The notes under the pieces: generated by a model
Seen by the model: the letters and a program-made list of their open reading frames with translations, nothing else
What the model was told of the DNA's origin: nothing
Database searches by the model: none
Part shown: one piece after another, positions 29,322 through 40,900 of the stretch
Layout: each line of letters opens with the position of its first letter
Numbering within the stretch: the first letter of the stretch is position 1
Assembly (NCBI GenBank): GCA_963796685.1
Contig: CAWCMR010000008.1
Span: 768,001-832,000, forward strand
Length of the DNA stretch: 64,000 bases
Source of the DNA: an uncultured delta proteobacterium
Lineage (GTDB): Bacteria; Myxococcota_A; Polyangia; Fen-1088
Direction: 5' to 3'
Position numbers and translations under genes: made by a program

Positions 29322-30031
29322 GGCAGGTTGGCCTCCGCCAACGCTTTCTGCTGAAGGGCGAACAATTCCTGGGCGCCCTTTTGGGCCAGGGCCACCAGGC
29401 GCTGGTAATCATCGGGCGAGAAAGGCTCACCCTCGGCCGTGCCCTGGATCTCGACGAAATGGCCGCCGTCGGTCAGCACGAAATTGAAATCGACGTCCGC
29501 CGAGGAGTCCTCGGCGTAGGCAAGATCCAGGCGCGGCTCGCCATCGACGATGCCCGTGGACACGGCGCACACCGCCCGGCGCAGGGGATCCTTCTTCAGG
29601 CTCTCCTTGGCCACGAGACGACGCACGGCCAGCGCCAGCGCCACCCATCCGCCGGTGATGGCCGCGGTCCGCGTGCCACCGTCGGCCTGGATGACGTCGC
29701 AGTCCACGGTGATCTGCCGCTCGCCCAGGTTCTTGGTGTTGATGGCCGCGCGCAGGGCCCGGCCGATGAGACGCTGGATCTCCTGACCCCGGCCGCCCGG
29801 ATTGCGCCCCGAGCGGGTGTGCGTCGAGCGCGGCAGCATGGCGTACTCGGCGGTGATCCATCCCTTGCCCTGCCCTTCCAGGAACGGCGGCACCTTGCGC
29901 TCGACACTGGCGGTGCAGATGAGCTTGGTCTCGCCGAACTCGACCAGCACGGATCCCTCGGCGTACCGGTTGTAGTCCGGGGTGATCCGGATCGGCCGCA
30001 ACTCGTCGGACTTTCGACCATCTGGGCGCAT
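29318..30031 (-). CDS. rph: ribonuclease PH
   Basis: [35 protein letters not shown]; adjacent to rdgB. Confidence 0.97.
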   Translation of the reverse strand: MRPDGRKSDELRPIRITPDYNRYAEGSVLVEFGETKLICTASVERKVPPFLEGQGKGWITAEYAMLPRSTHTRSGRNPGGRGQEIQRLIGRALRAAINTKNLGERQITVDCDVIQADGGTRTAAITGGWVALALAVRRLVAKESLKKDPLRRAVCAVSTGIVDGEPRLDLAYAEDSSADVDFNFVLTDGGHFVEIQGTAEGEPFSPDDYQRLVALAQKGAQELFALQQKALAEANLP

Positions 30032-30039
30032 GGCCAGGC

Positions 30040-30068
30040 AGGATGGAAGGCGCCTGCCCGGCTGTCAA
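30040..30068 (-). promoter_or_regulatory. sigma70-type promoter of rph (probably leaderless)
   Basis: TTGACA-N17-CATCCT-N8-ATG, no SD. Confidence 0.6.
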
Positions 30069-30218
30069 CCGCGCCCGCAAAGATTTGTCCGCGCAGCCTT
30101 TCGATCTGCTAGCTTTGAGTCCTATTCGCGGCCTTCGCGCCGCGCTTCGAGTCTGGCTTTCTTCGCTTAGTCGAGTGGGAAGGCGCCTCGGGACGAGGCG
30201 TTTTCAGGTAAGAACACC

Positions 30219-31421
30219 ATGATGGACGAAGCAGACGCGCGACTCGGAACCAGGCTCGGCAACTACGCCCTCAGGGAAATCATCGGCCGTGGCGGCATGG
30301 GCGTGGTCTATCGCGCCTCGCACATCTACATCCGCCGACCAGCCGCAGTGAAGGTCCTGCATCGCCACCTCTTCGCCCAGCCCGGCGCCAAGGCGCGTTT
30401 CCTCCGCGAGGCGCAAACGGCCAGTCTGGTCGATCACCCCAACATCGTGGGCGTCACCGATTTCGGCGAAGCTCCGGACGGGACCGTGTACCTCGTGATG
30501 GCCGAAGCGCATGGCAAGGGGCTCGACCTGGTGCTGGAGGAAGAAGGCACCTTACCCCTGTTTCGCACCCTCGGGATCCTGAGCCAGGTGGTGCAGGCCC
30601 TGGCCGCCGTCCATGCCCGTGGCATCGTTCATCGCGATGTCAAGCCCGAGAACATCATGCTGGCTCGCCGGATCGGCAAGCGCGAGCTCGTGCGCCGCGT
30701 CCGCGGGAGCGACGGCTATGCCGATCGCGTCGAGCCCGAAGAGTGCTTCGACCTGGTCACCCTTCTCGATTTCGGCGCCGCGCGTACACTGCAACCGGAG
30801 CTCCAGGCGGCGACCGAGCCGACGCGAATCTTCGGCACGCCCGCGTACCTGGCGCCCGAGACGGCCCAAAGCGGCCATGCGGACGCGCGCTCGGAGGTCT
30901 ATTCCGTCGGAATCCTGTTCTACGAGCTCGTGACCGGACGGGTGCCATTCGACAGCGACAGCGCCGAGGAGACACTGAGCCTGCAGATCCGCTGCCCGCC
31001 GCAGCCACCACGCGTACGCAACCCGAATGTGGAAATCACGGAAGAGGCCGAGCGCGTGATCCTCCGCGCCCTTGAAAAGGATCCAGGTCGCCGCCAGTCC
31101 GGCATGGACGAGCTGTGGTCGGACCTGCAGCGATGCTACGGGGCCACACGCTGGAGTCGGCCCGATCTGGCCGCCACGGAGGGGTTCGAATCCCTGCGCG
31201 AGCCCGCGCAAGCACCGTCCTCGAGCGTGCGCCGGCAAAGCCAAGCGGTTCCCGAGGTGCCGGTGCCTGCCATCGCCACCCAGACCGCCATCGCCTCGCA
31301 CCCGTTGCTCCTTACCCGACGCAAGAGCGACCGGTTCGGGGCCGTGGTCAATCCCGAGGACGTTCCCACGCCCCCGCCTTCACGCCCCATCGACTTCGGC
31401 ACCTTTGCCAAGGCCAGATAG
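30219..31421 (+). CDS. Hanks-type Ser/Thr protein kinase
   Basis: GRGGMG, AVK, HRDVKPEN, DFG, GTPAYLAPE. Confidence 0.92.
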   Translation: MMDEADARLGTRLGNYALREIIGRGGMGVVYRASHIYIRRPAAVKVLHRHLFAQPGAKARFLREAQTASLVDHPNIVGVTDFGEAPDGTVYLVMAEAHGKGLDLVLEEEGTLPLFRTLGILSQVVQALAAVHARGIVHRDVKPENIMLARRIGKRELVRRVRGSDGYADRVEPEECFDLVTLLDFGAARTLQPELQAATEPTRIFGTPAYLAPETAQSGHADARSEVYSVGILFYELVTGRVPFDSDSAEETLSLQIRCPPQPPRVRNPNVEITEEAERVILRALEKDPGRRQSGMDELWSDLQRCYGATRWSRPDLAATEGFESLREPAQAPSSSVRRQSQAVPEVPVPAIATQTAIASHPLLLTRRKSDRFGAVVNPEDVPTPPPSRPIDFGTFAKAR

Positions 31422-31426
31422 TCAAA

Positions 31427-31792
31427 CTACGGTCCCTGACGAGGCATGCACTGGTGGTACGGGACGCCGCCCGGGGGAGCCACGATTTCACGGCACTCTT
31501 CCGTGCGCGGGCAGTCCGGATCCTCGGTACACGCCACGCCGACGGCCAGCCAGCCCCCTGCGGCGAACACCGCGATGGCGCCAAGCGCAGTAGTCGCCAT
31601 ACCGGCCGCGGCCACACTGCCGTGATGTTCATGATCGCCCACGACCCAGGCCGTGCCACCGGCGGCCAGTAGGCCAACACCCAGGGCGGCCAGGGTCTTG
31701 GGCCCCGCGTACGGCCGCGCGCAGCCTGCGCCCAGCAGACCGGCGACGGCCAGGCACAAGCACGCACGTTCGAAGAGACGACCCGAGCCCAT
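31427..31792 (-). CDS. small membrane lipoprotein with a 4-Cys C-terminus
   Basis: Lipobox-like GAGC, two hydrophobic helices, C..DPDCP..EEC..QC. Confidence 0.6.
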   Translation of the reverse strand: MGSGRLFERACLCLAVAGLLGAGCARPYAGPKTLAALGVGLLAAGGTAWVVGDHEHHGSVAAAGMATTALGAIAVFAAGGWLAVGVACTEDPDCPRTEECREIVAPPGGVPYHQCMPRQGP

Positions 31793-31893
31793 GGAATGGG
31801 CATTGTGCCACGACGGTCCGCGGCTGTCGCGGGCTGGCGATAAGTCGCCGCTTCTTGGAGCGCGGGCCGGGCCGACATATGCTGAAGCGGTCT

Positions 31894-33099
31894 ATGGCGA
31901 AGAGCACGACCCCTACGGTGAAAATTGGATCGCGTGGCCGCGCGCGCTTGGCCAGCGGCCATCCCTGGATCTACCGTCAGGACGTGGTGGCCGGTCCAGA
32001 GCGGGACGCGCGCAGCGACGGCCCCGCCCTGGTGCTGGTGACGGACGAACGCAACCGGCCTCTCGGCATCGCGACCTGGTCTCTGGAATCGCCGGTCGCC
32101 CTGCGCATTCTCCAGCGCCTGAACCAAAGCGAGGGGCCGCCCGACCTGCTACAAATCGTCGAGGCTCGACTTGGGCTGGCGCGAGCCCGTCGCGCCGGGC
32201 TCGCGCTCGATCGCGACGCCTTTCGCGTGGTTCACGGCGAAAGCGACGCCCTACCCGGCCTGTTCATCGACGTCTATGCCGACGCCGCCGTCATGCAAAC
32301 CACCTCGGTGGCCATGAATGCGCATCGGGCGCAGATTGCCAGCATGGCCCGGACCATGCTGGGTGTCCGGCTGGTCATCGCCCGCGACGACGGATCGGCT
32401 CGCGACTTCGAGGGGCTGCCACGCAGCCGCGAGATCCTGTGCGGCGAAGGAAGCACCGCGATCACGTATCGGCTGGGCCAGAACCGCCTGACGGCCGATC
32501 TGCTCGCCGACAGCAAGACCGGCGGCTTTCTCGACCAGGCCGACAACCACGCGCTGGTGGCAACTCTGGCACCAGCAGGCGCGCGCTGCCTCGACGCCTT
32601 CACCTACCACGGGGGATTCGCCCTGGCGCTCGCGCGCAAAGGCGGCCCGGTGCTGGCCACCGACGAGGACGCGCAGGCTGTGGCGCGCACGAGCGCGAAC
32701 GCAGCCCGCAATGGGCTGCGCAATTTGACCGCCCGGCAGGCCAATGCCTTCGATCTCCTGCGCACGCTCGAGGCCGAGCGCGAGCGCTTCGACGTCGTGG
32801 TGCTCGATCCTCCGGCCCTGGCCAAGCGCAAGAGCGGCGACAACGCCGCCGAGCGCGCCTATCGCGAGATCATCCTGCGCGGTCTGCGCCTCGCGGTGCC
32901 CGATGGCCTGGTGGTGGCATGCTCGTGCTCGGGGCGCATCTCGCGCGAGCAATTCGACCACATCGTCGCCGAGGCCGGCGCGGACTGTGGCCGCTCCGTG
33001 CAGGTTCTGGCCCGCATGGGCGCCGGGCGCGACCATCCGGAGCTGGTCGGTGTGCCGGAAACCGGCCACCTCAAGTGCTGGATCATGAGAGCGCTCTAG
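31894..33099 (+). CDS. RlmI-like SAM-dependent rRNA methyltransferase
   Basis: PUA-type GHPWIY, HGESD.LPGL, KTG.FLDQ, DAFTYHGGF, LDPP, CSCS. Confidence 0.88.
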   Translation: MAKSTTPTVKIGSRGRARLASGHPWIYRQDVVAGPERDARSDGPALVLVTDERNRPLGIATWSLESPVALRILQRLNQSEGPPDLLQIVEARLGLARARRAGLALDRDAFRVVHGESDALPGLFIDVYADAAVMQTTSVAMNAHRAQIASMARTMLGVRLVIARDDGSARDFEGLPRSREILCGEGSTAITYRLGQNRLTADLLADSKTGGFLDQADNHALVATLAPAGARCLDAFTYHGGFALALARKGGPVLATDEDAQAVARTSANAARNGLRNLTARQANAFDLLRTLEAERERFDVVVLDPPALAKRKSGDNAAERAYREIILRGLRLAVPDGLVVACSCSGRISREQFDHIVAEAGADCGRSVQVLARMGAGRDHPELVGVPETGHLKCWIMRAL

Positions 33100-33261
33100 G
33101 AGGCTGGTGTTAATCGGCGTACCGAGCTCTGGCGGAGCGAGGAGCCCCGGCCGCGAGGCGCGAGGAGGGCGAATACTGGACGTTTTGAACCGACGAGCAA
33201 CGAAGCGGGCAGGGCCCGCAGCCCGCCAAGCGACGGGCGCCGTTTGACACCAGCCTCCTAG
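33096..33261. mobile_element. MITE-like element with 24-bp terminal inverted repeats
   Basis: Left end CTAGGAGGCTGGTGTTAATCGGCG versus reverse complement of the right end CTAGGAGGCTGGTGTCAAACGGCG (22/24); 166 bp; no credible gene inside. Confidence 0.7.
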
Positions 33262-36227
33262 AACCAGACGCGCGCACCCAAGCGCCCACTGATGGGCAAT
33301 TGGTAGGAGGTCGCGTGAAGGTAGTTGGCGTTGTTCGGGGAAGCGAAACCCGCTGCACAGGTGGTATTCGCGCAGGTTTGTCCATAGTTGTCGGCGAGAG
33401 GGACTTGTGAAAGCTTCGTGCCAGGCGTCGCCGGCATGACCTGGTCATAGGTGTACGTCGGATCCACCGTTAGCACTGTCTTTTGGTTGAAGACGTTGAA
33501 GATATCAATGAAGGCCTCGACGGATAGAGCATTCGAGAGCTTGGTCCGGTAGGAAAAGTGCGCGTCGAGCTGGGTGACGAACGGGGTTCGGCCAGCCGAT
33601 CCGCGTGGGAGGATAAAGGTTTCGTCCGTTCCTTCAAAAGGCGCGGTGCCGAGGGGTGTGACGGGTTGGCCGGAATGCCCCACAAAACCGAGCCCAGGCG
33701 AAAAAGCGTGCTGCCCCCAAACGAACCGGTAATACCCATCCAAGTGAATGACGTGCGGCCGATCGTTGGGCAGCGGGCCGTATCGGTTCGCCATCAATTC
33801 TCTAACATCGTATTGGGTCGAGTTATTCGGACTGAGCTGCCCGTTGTCCTCATCGTAGAGCCCGGTATAATTGCCCATGGTGCGGGAATAGGTATAGGAA
33901 CCGGCGAAAAACCAGCTTTTGGCAATCCGCTTGGCCGCCGTGAGTTGAAGCCCTTTGTAGGTTCGCACCGGCTTGGGGTCCGTGGGGTTGGCCAAGATCG
34001 TTGGACCGGTTCCATCGGCGAGGCTACCCCCCGTGTCCTCGACGATCCTGCCCAGCCAGCGATAAATAACCGACCCTCCAATGATGAGGTCGGGCAAGAG
34101 CTGGTATTGGCCGCCAACGACGACTTCGTTGTTGTAGCTGCCTTTGATGTTGGGTTGTACCAAGAGCCTCGGACTGGTGATGGGGTAGGGAAGGCCGTTG
34201 ACGGCGCCGGAAGGCAAATAGTCCGTCGCCAGCGCTCCCTGTCCGCCAAATGCGCGGACGGCAAGATCCATCGGAATGGATTCATAGTACTGGCCGTAGT
34301 GTGCAAAGACCTTGGAGCGACCTTCCTTGGTCGGGTCGTAGACCACGCCGATCCGTGGTGCGAGCGAATTGTTAATCGAGAGTGCGGTGTTGCCCATGTA
34401 ATCTGTCAGCCGCTGCGCTTCCCAACGAACGCCCAGATTCACGGTCAAGTTGGACAAGGGCATGTAAGCTTCTTGTATAAACGCCCCATTGTTGAATGCA
34501 CGGGTCTTGGACTGAACCGAATCTTGATAGCCGTCCCGATAGAGCGAGTAGACGGTTGAGCTTGAGTCCGGCCAGATCTGGACGGAGCCGCGCGATCCAT
34601 CTAATCCTGAGTTCGACACCCTGTCGCTGTATTGATTGAATTCGTAGTCGATTCCGTATTTGAGCTCGTGCGAGCCAAGCGCCGTGAAGATGTTGGTGCT
34701 CTTGATCTGGCCCGCCAGCCGAAACGCCGAAGTGTCATGCATGAGCCCATACCCACCGGATTGATATCCCTGCGCCGGGCACGGCTGAAAATTCGAATTC
34801 TCGCCAGGCTGCGGTGTGCAAGGCCCTGCCAGCACCGGGTTGAACTGCGCGAGCGGCTGCTGCGGATTGTACCAAGTCACGTCGTTCATACTCTCGGCGT
34901 CGCCATAGGGCGAATGTTGCGAGAAGCCTTCCGTGTGCAATCCCAAGGTGGCGTCCAGGCGCCAGCGGCGCTGAAAGAACGCCGATTGCCAGTGCGCGAT
35001 GATGTCCTGACGATTGATCTGATCGTGTGTCATGCCCGCCAGCAGATCCATGTTCGCGCCGCGCATATATTCCTGGTCTTTACGAATGCCGACGAGGCTC
35101 AGGCTCAAGGTCTGATCTGGCCCGATGCGCCAGGTCAGCTTGCCAGCGTAGTTCTGCGTGGTCGATTCGCCGGGAATCACGCGGCTGAAAAGGGGCTGGA
35201 CCACGGGCGAACCGTTCGGGTTCGTGTCGGGGGCGCCATCTCCATTCTTGTCAACGAAGCGATCCGTGTACTGAATGAAGTTGCTACGACCGATCTCGGG
35301 AACGTAGCCCATCCAGATAAAGAGCTTGTCCTTGATGATCGGGCCACCGACTTCGAGACCCATTTGGGTGGTGTAGTCGGGCTGCGTGGTACCGGTCAGC
35401 ACCGTAGAGCCGCTCAAGATCCGCTGCGGGCTTCCCGCCATCCCCCCGGGTTCGACCCAGGAAAACGCGCTCCCTTTCCATTCGTTGGTACCCGACTTCA
35501 AGGCCATGTTGACGACGCCGCCCATAGCGCGACCATACTCCGCGCCGTAACCCGAGCTCACGACCTCGGCTTCCTCAAGAAAAGCCACGTTCAGATTCGT
35601 TGCAAGCATGCCATAGCGCAACGAGGTTACGTTGAGCCCTTCGAGGTAGTAGGCGTTGTCCGCCCCTGTGCCGCCCGCCAACGAGACGCCGGGGTCACCT
35701 TGGTAACCGGCCGGCGTCTCCGCGTATCCTCCCGGCGTCTTCTGCATCAATGACGCGACATCGGCCCCAGCGTTGGGAATGCCATCGATGAAATCCGATC
35801 CGAAGGTGGTGCCGATGCGGGACGAGCCGACATCGATGAGGGGCGGGCTGTAGGTTGGGGCCACCGTCGCGACCTCGTCGGGAAGCGCGGGAAGACGCAT
35901 GTTCACGCGCATCACCTTGTCCACGGACACCGTCGCCTCGCGCTCGCCCAACACGTCGCCACGATGAAATCGGACCGTGTACTTCCCGATAGGTAGCGCG
36001 CGAAACTGATAGCCGCCCTTTGCGTCGGTGAAAGCTGCCCGATCGCCCTCGGGCCCGCTCGCGATGACGGTCACGCCCGGGACGGGTTGCGCGGTGTCGA
36101 GATCGCGCACCTGGCCCAGGATCGCCCCCTCGGTGGGGGCCGCCGCCCGCGCCACGGGGATCTCGACGAGGATCGAGGCAGCCATCATGGCCAGAGCTGA
36201 CCACGCGATTGGATGGAATCGATTCAT
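33258..36227 (-). CDS. Oar-like TonB-dependent outer-membrane protein
   Basis: Signal peptide, carboxypeptidase-regulatory-like domain, GYGAEYGRAMGGVVN plug, GGPIIKDKL, C-terminal aromatic RVWF. Confidence 0.9.
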   Translation of the reverse strand: MNRFHPIAWSALAMMAASILVEIPVARAAAPTEGAILGQVRDLDTAQPVPGVTVIASGPEGDRAAFTDAKGGYQFRALPIGKYTVRFHRGDVLGEREATVSVDKVMRVNMRLPALPDEVATVAPTYSPPLIDVGSSRIGTTFGSDFIDGIPNAGADVASLMQKTPGGYAETPAGYQGDPGVSLAGGTGADNAYYLEGLNVTSLRYGMLATNLNVAFLEEAEVVSSGYGAEYGRAMGGVVNMALKSGTNEWKGSAFSWVEPGGMAGSPQRILSGSTVLTGTTQPDYTTQMGLEVGGPIIKDKLFIWMGYVPEIGRSNFIQYTDRFVDKNGDGAPDTNPNGSPVVQPLFSRVIPGESTTQNYAGKLTWRIGPDQTLSLSLVGIRKDQEYMRGANMDLLAGMTHDQINRQDIIAHWQSAFFQRRWRLDATLGLHTEGFSQHSPYGDAESMNDVTWYNPQQPLAQFNPVLAGPCTPQPGENSNFQPCPAQGYQSGGYGLMHDTSAFRLAGQIKSTNIFTALGSHELKYGIDYEFNQYSDRVSNSGLDGSRGSVQIWPDSSSTVYSLYRDGYQDSVQSKTRAFNNGAFIQEAYMPLSNLTVNLGVRWEAQRLTDYMGNTALSINNSLAPRIGVVYDPTKEGRSKVFAHYGQYYESIPMDLAVRAFGGQGALATDYLPSGAVNGLPYPITSPRLLVQPNIKGSYNNEVVVGGQYQLLPDLIIGGSVIYRWLGRIVEDTGGSLADGTGPTILANPTDPKPVRTYKGLQLTAAKRIAKSWFFAGSYTYSRTMGNYTGLYDEDNGQLSPNNSTQYDVRELMANRYGPLPNDRPHVIHLDGYYRFVWGQHAFSPGLGFVGHSGQPVTPLGTAPFEGTDETFILPRGSAGRTPFVTQLDAHFSYRTKLSNALSVEAFIDIFNVFNQKTVLTVDPTYTYDQVMPATPGTKLSQVPLADNYGQTCANTTCAAGFASPNNANYLHATSYQLPISGRLGARVWF

Positions 36228-36411
36228 ACTGATGGGCCTCTCCTGCGCAGCAATCCGCGGCGTGTTGACAGATCGGCGGAAGTCAGCGTCACCTTTAAGG
36301 AATTCATTGTCAAGGGCCGGACAAAGCGTCAGACGGTCAGACTCGTCACACCCATGCCAACGCCGCACCTTGGAGCGAATCTCCAAGCGCCTGGTAAATG
36401 CCCGAGGCGCT

Positions 36412-37896
36412 CTACTCGAGCACGGTATCGCCCATCAGGAAGCGGTCGATGCCGATGGCGGCATCCCGGCCTTCGGCGATCGCCCACACCACCAGCGACT
36501 GGCCGCGCGACATGTCGCCCGCGGAGAAGACCCCGGGTACGCTGGTCTGCTTGTTCGCGTCGACTGCGACGTTGCCGCGCCCATCGAGCTTCACGCCGAG
36601 ATCGGCGAGCAGCCCTGCTCTCTCGGGGCCGAGAAAGCCCATGGCCAAGAGCACCAGATCGGCCGGCAGCTCGCGCGCGGTTCCCGGCACCTCTTCGATC
36701 TTGGGCGGTCCGCTCGGCTGGGCCACGAAACGAACCTCCACCACCTCGATGGCGCGCACGTGGCCCTGGTCGTCGCCGAGCATGCGCTTGGTTTGCACCT
36801 GGAAGCGACGCGGATCCTTGCCAAAGATGGCGGCGGCCTCTTCCTGACCGTAGTCCATGCGAAAGATCTTCGGCCACTGCGGCCAGGGATTGTCGAGGGC
36901 GCGCGTCTCCGGCGGACGCGTGAGCAGCTCCAATTGCACCAGGCTCTTGCAGTCGTGGCGCATGGACGTGCCCACGCAATCGGTACCGGTGTCGCCGCCA
37001 CCGATAACGATGACATGCTTGTCCTTGGCCGAAATCAACCCCGCCGCCGCCTTGCTGCCGTCGAGCAGGTGCTTGGTGTTGGCGGTCAGGAACTCCATGG
37101 CAAAGTGTACGCCCGCGAGCTTGCGGCCCTCGACAGGCAGATCGCGCGGCACGGTCGAGCCGCCGCACAGGGCGATGGCGTCGAATTCCTGGCGCAGCTT
37201 CTCGGTCGGGAAGGTCTTGCCCACCTCGGTGTTGACCCGAAACTCGACCCCCTCCTCGGCCAATAGCTTGATCCGGCGCTCGACGATGCCCTTGTCGAGC
37301 TTCATGGCCGGGATGCCGTACATCATCAGGCCGCCGATGCGATCGGCGCGCTCGAACACGGTGACCGAATGGCCGGCCATGTTCAGCTCGGCGGCACAGG
37401 CCAGACCGGCGGGGCCAGAGCCGACCACCGCGACCTTCTTGCCCGTGCGGAAGCTGGGCGGGCTTGCCACCACCCAGCCCTCGGCAAAGGCCCGATCGGC
37501 GATGGCGGCCTCGTTGACCTTGATGGTGACCGGCGGGGCGTTGATGCCGAGCACGCACGAGCCCTCGCAAGGCGCCGGACACACGCGGCCGGTGACCTCG
37601 GGAAAATTGTTGGTGCGGTGCAAGCGGTCGATGGCCTCGCGCCAGCGGCCCTTGTAAATGAGGTCGTTCCACTCGGGAATCAAGTTGTGCAGCGGACACC
37701 CGCTGGCAAGACCATCGATCATCTTGCCGGTGTGACAGAAGGGAACGCCGCAGTCCATGCACCGCGCTCCCTGCTCGCGCATGGTGGCTTCGGGCAAATG
37801 CTTGTGGAACTCGCCGAAGTCGGCGACCCGCTCGCGCGGTGGCCGGTCTTCGGGGACGATACGATTGAACTCCAGGAATCCTGTTGGCTGGCCCAT
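36412..37896 (-). CDS. gltD: glutamate synthase small subunit
   Basis: RCMDCGVPFC, GRVCPAPCE, GSGPAG, GGGDTG, RGQSLVVWAI. Confidence 0.97.
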   Translation of the reverse strand: MGQPTGFLEFNRIVPEDRPPRERVADFGEFHKHLPEATMREQGARCMDCGVPFCHTGKMIDGLASGCPLHNLIPEWNDLIYKGRWREAIDRLHRTNNFPEVTGRVCPAPCEGSCVLGINAPPVTIKVNEAAIADRAFAEGWVVASPPSFRTGKKVAVVGSGPAGLACAAELNMAGHSVTVFERADRIGGLMMYGIPAMKLDKGIVERRIKLLAEEGVEFRVNTEVGKTFPTEKLRQEFDAIALCGGSTVPRDLPVEGRKLAGVHFAMEFLTANTKHLLDGSKAAAGLISAKDKHVIVIGGGDTGTDCVGTSMRHDCKSLVQLELLTRPPETRALDNPWPQWPKIFRMDYGQEEAAAIFGKDPRRFQVQTKRMLGDDQGHVRAIEVVEVRFVAQPSGPPKIEEVPGTARELPADLVLLAMGFLGPERAGLLADLGVKLDGRGNVAVDANKQTSVPGVFSAGDMSRGQSLVVWAIAEGRDAAIGIDRFLMGDTVLE

Positions 37897-37901
37897 TCCT
37901 G

Positions 37902-40900
37902 TTACTTTCCGTAGATTCGGGCGGCGTCTTTGGAATTGAGCTCGAAAGCGGCCATTTCCGCCTCCTCGCGCGACATGCCGGTTGCCAGCATCTTGTTCTG
38001 CGCCTCCAGCACGCGGCGATAGTCGTGCGGAATCACGCGCACGAACAGCGGCCGGAAGAGCGACCAGCTGACCAGCACGTTGTGGGCGCGCTTGCTGCCC
38101 GTCAGCTCGTGGTGACGCCGGAGCATGCCCAGGACCAGCTCGATCTCCGCCGGATCGTCGAGGGGACCGGTGCCCACCATCTCGGTGTTGCAGTTTCGCC
38201 TCATCTCGCGGTTCTCGTCGAGAACGTAGGCCATGCCGCCCGACATGCCGGCGGCGAAATTGCGCCCCGTGGGCCCCAGGATGACGACCCTACCGCCGGT
38301 CATGTATTCGCAGCCGTGGTCGCCCACGCCTTCGACCACGGCGTTGGCGCCGCTGTTGCGTACGGCGAAGCGCTCGCCGGCCAGCCCGCGAATGTAGACC
38401 TCACCGCTCGTCGCCCCGTACAGCGCCACGTTGCCCACGATGACGTTTTGTTCGACCACGAAGGTGGCCTCCGCCGGCGGGAACACCACCAGCTTGCCGC
38501 CCGAGAGGCCCTTGCCGAGATAGTCGTTGGCGTCGCCCTCCAGGGTGAAGGTCACCCCCCTCGGCACGAAGGCCATGAAGCTTTGCCCGGCCGAGCCCTC
38601 GAAATGGACCTGGATGGTGTCCTCGGGCAGACCCGAGGGACCATAGCGCCGCGTGATCTCGCTGCCCAAACGCGTGCCCACGGTCCGGTTGACGTTGCGA
38701 ATCGCCAGGTTCGCACGCACCGTTCGCTTCTCATCGAGCGCCGGCCGGCACATCGGGATGAGGCGACTGTCGTCGAGCTCGTTTTCCAGGCCGTGGTTCT
38801 GCGCTATCGTACAGTGACGGCCGACGCTGTCCGCGACCTTGGGCTGGTGCAGGATGGCGCTCAAATCCACGCCCTTGGCTTTCCAGTGGTCGACGGCCTT
38901 TCGCAGCTCCAGACATTCCGTGTGCCCCACGGCCTCGGCCAGGGTGCGGAAACCGAGCTGGGCGAGCAACTCTCGTACATCGCGGGCCACGAAACGCATG
39001 AAGTTGACGACGTGCTCGGGCTTGCCGGCGAAGCGCTCGCGCAGCTCAGGATCCTGGGTGGCGATGCCGGCCGGGCAGGTGTTGAGGTGGCACGCACGCA
39101 TCATGATACAGCCCAGGGAAACCAGCGGTGCCGACGCGAAGCCGAACTCCTCGGCGCCGAGCAGGGCGGCCACCACGACATCGCGCCCGGTCTTGAGCTG
39201 GCCATCGGTCTCGACCGCGACGCGGCTGCGCAAATCGTTGAGCAGGAGGACCTGGTGGGTTTCCGCCAGACCGAGCTCCCACGGTCCGCCCGCGTGCTTG
39301 ATGCTGGTAAGCGGCGACGCGCCGGTCCCGCCGTCGTGGCCGCTGATGAGGATGACGTCGGCCCTGGCCTTGGCCACGCCGGCCGCGACCGTTCCCACAC
39401 CCACCTCGGCCACCAGCTTCACGCTGATACGCGCCCAATCGTTGGCGCACTTGAGATCGTGGATGAGCTGGGCCAGATCCTCGATGGAGTAGATGTCGTG
39501 ATGGGGCGGTGGCGAAATCAGGCCGACCCCGGGGGTGCTGTGGCGGACCTTGGCGATCCAAGGATAGACCTTCTTGCCGGGTAGCTGGCCGCCCTCGCCG
39601 GGCTTCGCCCCTTGGGCCATCTTGATCTGGAGCTCGGAGGCGTTGGTCAGGTAGTCGCTGGTGACGCCGAAACGCCCCGAGGCTACCTGCTTGATGGCGC
39701 TGCGCTTGGAATCGCCGCTCGGCAGCAGCTTGAAGCGCTCGGGATCCTCGCCGCCCTCGCCCGTGTTGCTGCGACCGCCGAGACGATTCATGGCGATGGC
39801 CAACGTCTCGTGCGCCTCTTTGCTGATCGAACCGTAGGACATGGCGCCGGTCTTGAAGCGCTTGACGATGTCCTCGAGCGGCTCGACCTCGTCGATGGCG
39901 ATGGGTTTGCGCGACGACTTGAGCTCCATGAGGCCGCGCAGGGTGTTCAGGTTCTTCGACTGATCGTTGATGAGCAGGGCGTACTGCTTGAACGTGTCGT
40001 AGCTCTCGGTGCGAACCGCGTGTTGCAACTTGGCGATGGCCTCGGGACTGAACAGGTGGTTCTCGCCCTCGCTGCGGTAGCGATACTCGCCCCCCGAATC
40101 GAGGCCCGGGCGGCGCACGGGCCGGCTGGGGTAGCCCCGGGCGTGACGGCGGCGCGCCTCTTCGGCGATCACGTCGAGGCCGACGCCACCGATACGCGAC
40201 GCGGTCCCGGTGAAGTAGCGATCGACCACATCTTTGCGCAGACCGATGGCTTCAAAGACCTGGGCGCCATGGTAGCTCTGCACGGTCGAGATGCCCATCT
40301 TCGAGATGACCTTGACCACGCCCTTGACCGCGGAGCTGATGTAGTTCTTGCGTGCCTTCTCGGGCTTGGCCTTGACCACCCCCTGGCGCACCAGATCGTC
40401 GACGGTTTCGAGCGCCAAGTAGGGGTCGATGGCGCTGGCCCCGAAGCCGATGAGCAGACAGAAGTCGTGCACCTCGCGCGGCTCGCCGCTCTCGACGACG
40501 ATGCAGGTTTGCGTGCGCGTGGCCTCGCGCAAGAGGTGGTGATGCACCGCCGCGCAGGCGAGCAGCGAGGGGATGGGCGCCAACTCGCGGCTGTGCTCGC
40601 GATCGGAAAGAATGACCACCGCGCACCCCTCGCGCACGGCGGCCGCCGCCTTGGCGCACAGATCGTCGAGCGCCTCGCGCAGAGCCGTCTCGCCGCCGGC
40701 GGCGCGGAACAGGGAGGGGAGCGTGCGCGAGCGGAAGCCGCGGCTCTTGGCCGAACCGTCGAGGGCGCGCAGTTGCTCGCTCTCGGCGTTGTACAGCACC
40801 GGCCCCTGCAGATCGATCTGGTGGGCCGACTCGGGCTGGGGATCGAACAAGTTTCGTTCGGGGCCGATGGTGGTGCCCGCGGCCATGATGAGCTCTTCGC

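Noticed and set aside
30660-30760. Insertion between the kinase catalytic loop and DFG
   Set aside because: All catalytic motifs are intact and loop insertions here are common in bacterial Hanks kinases.
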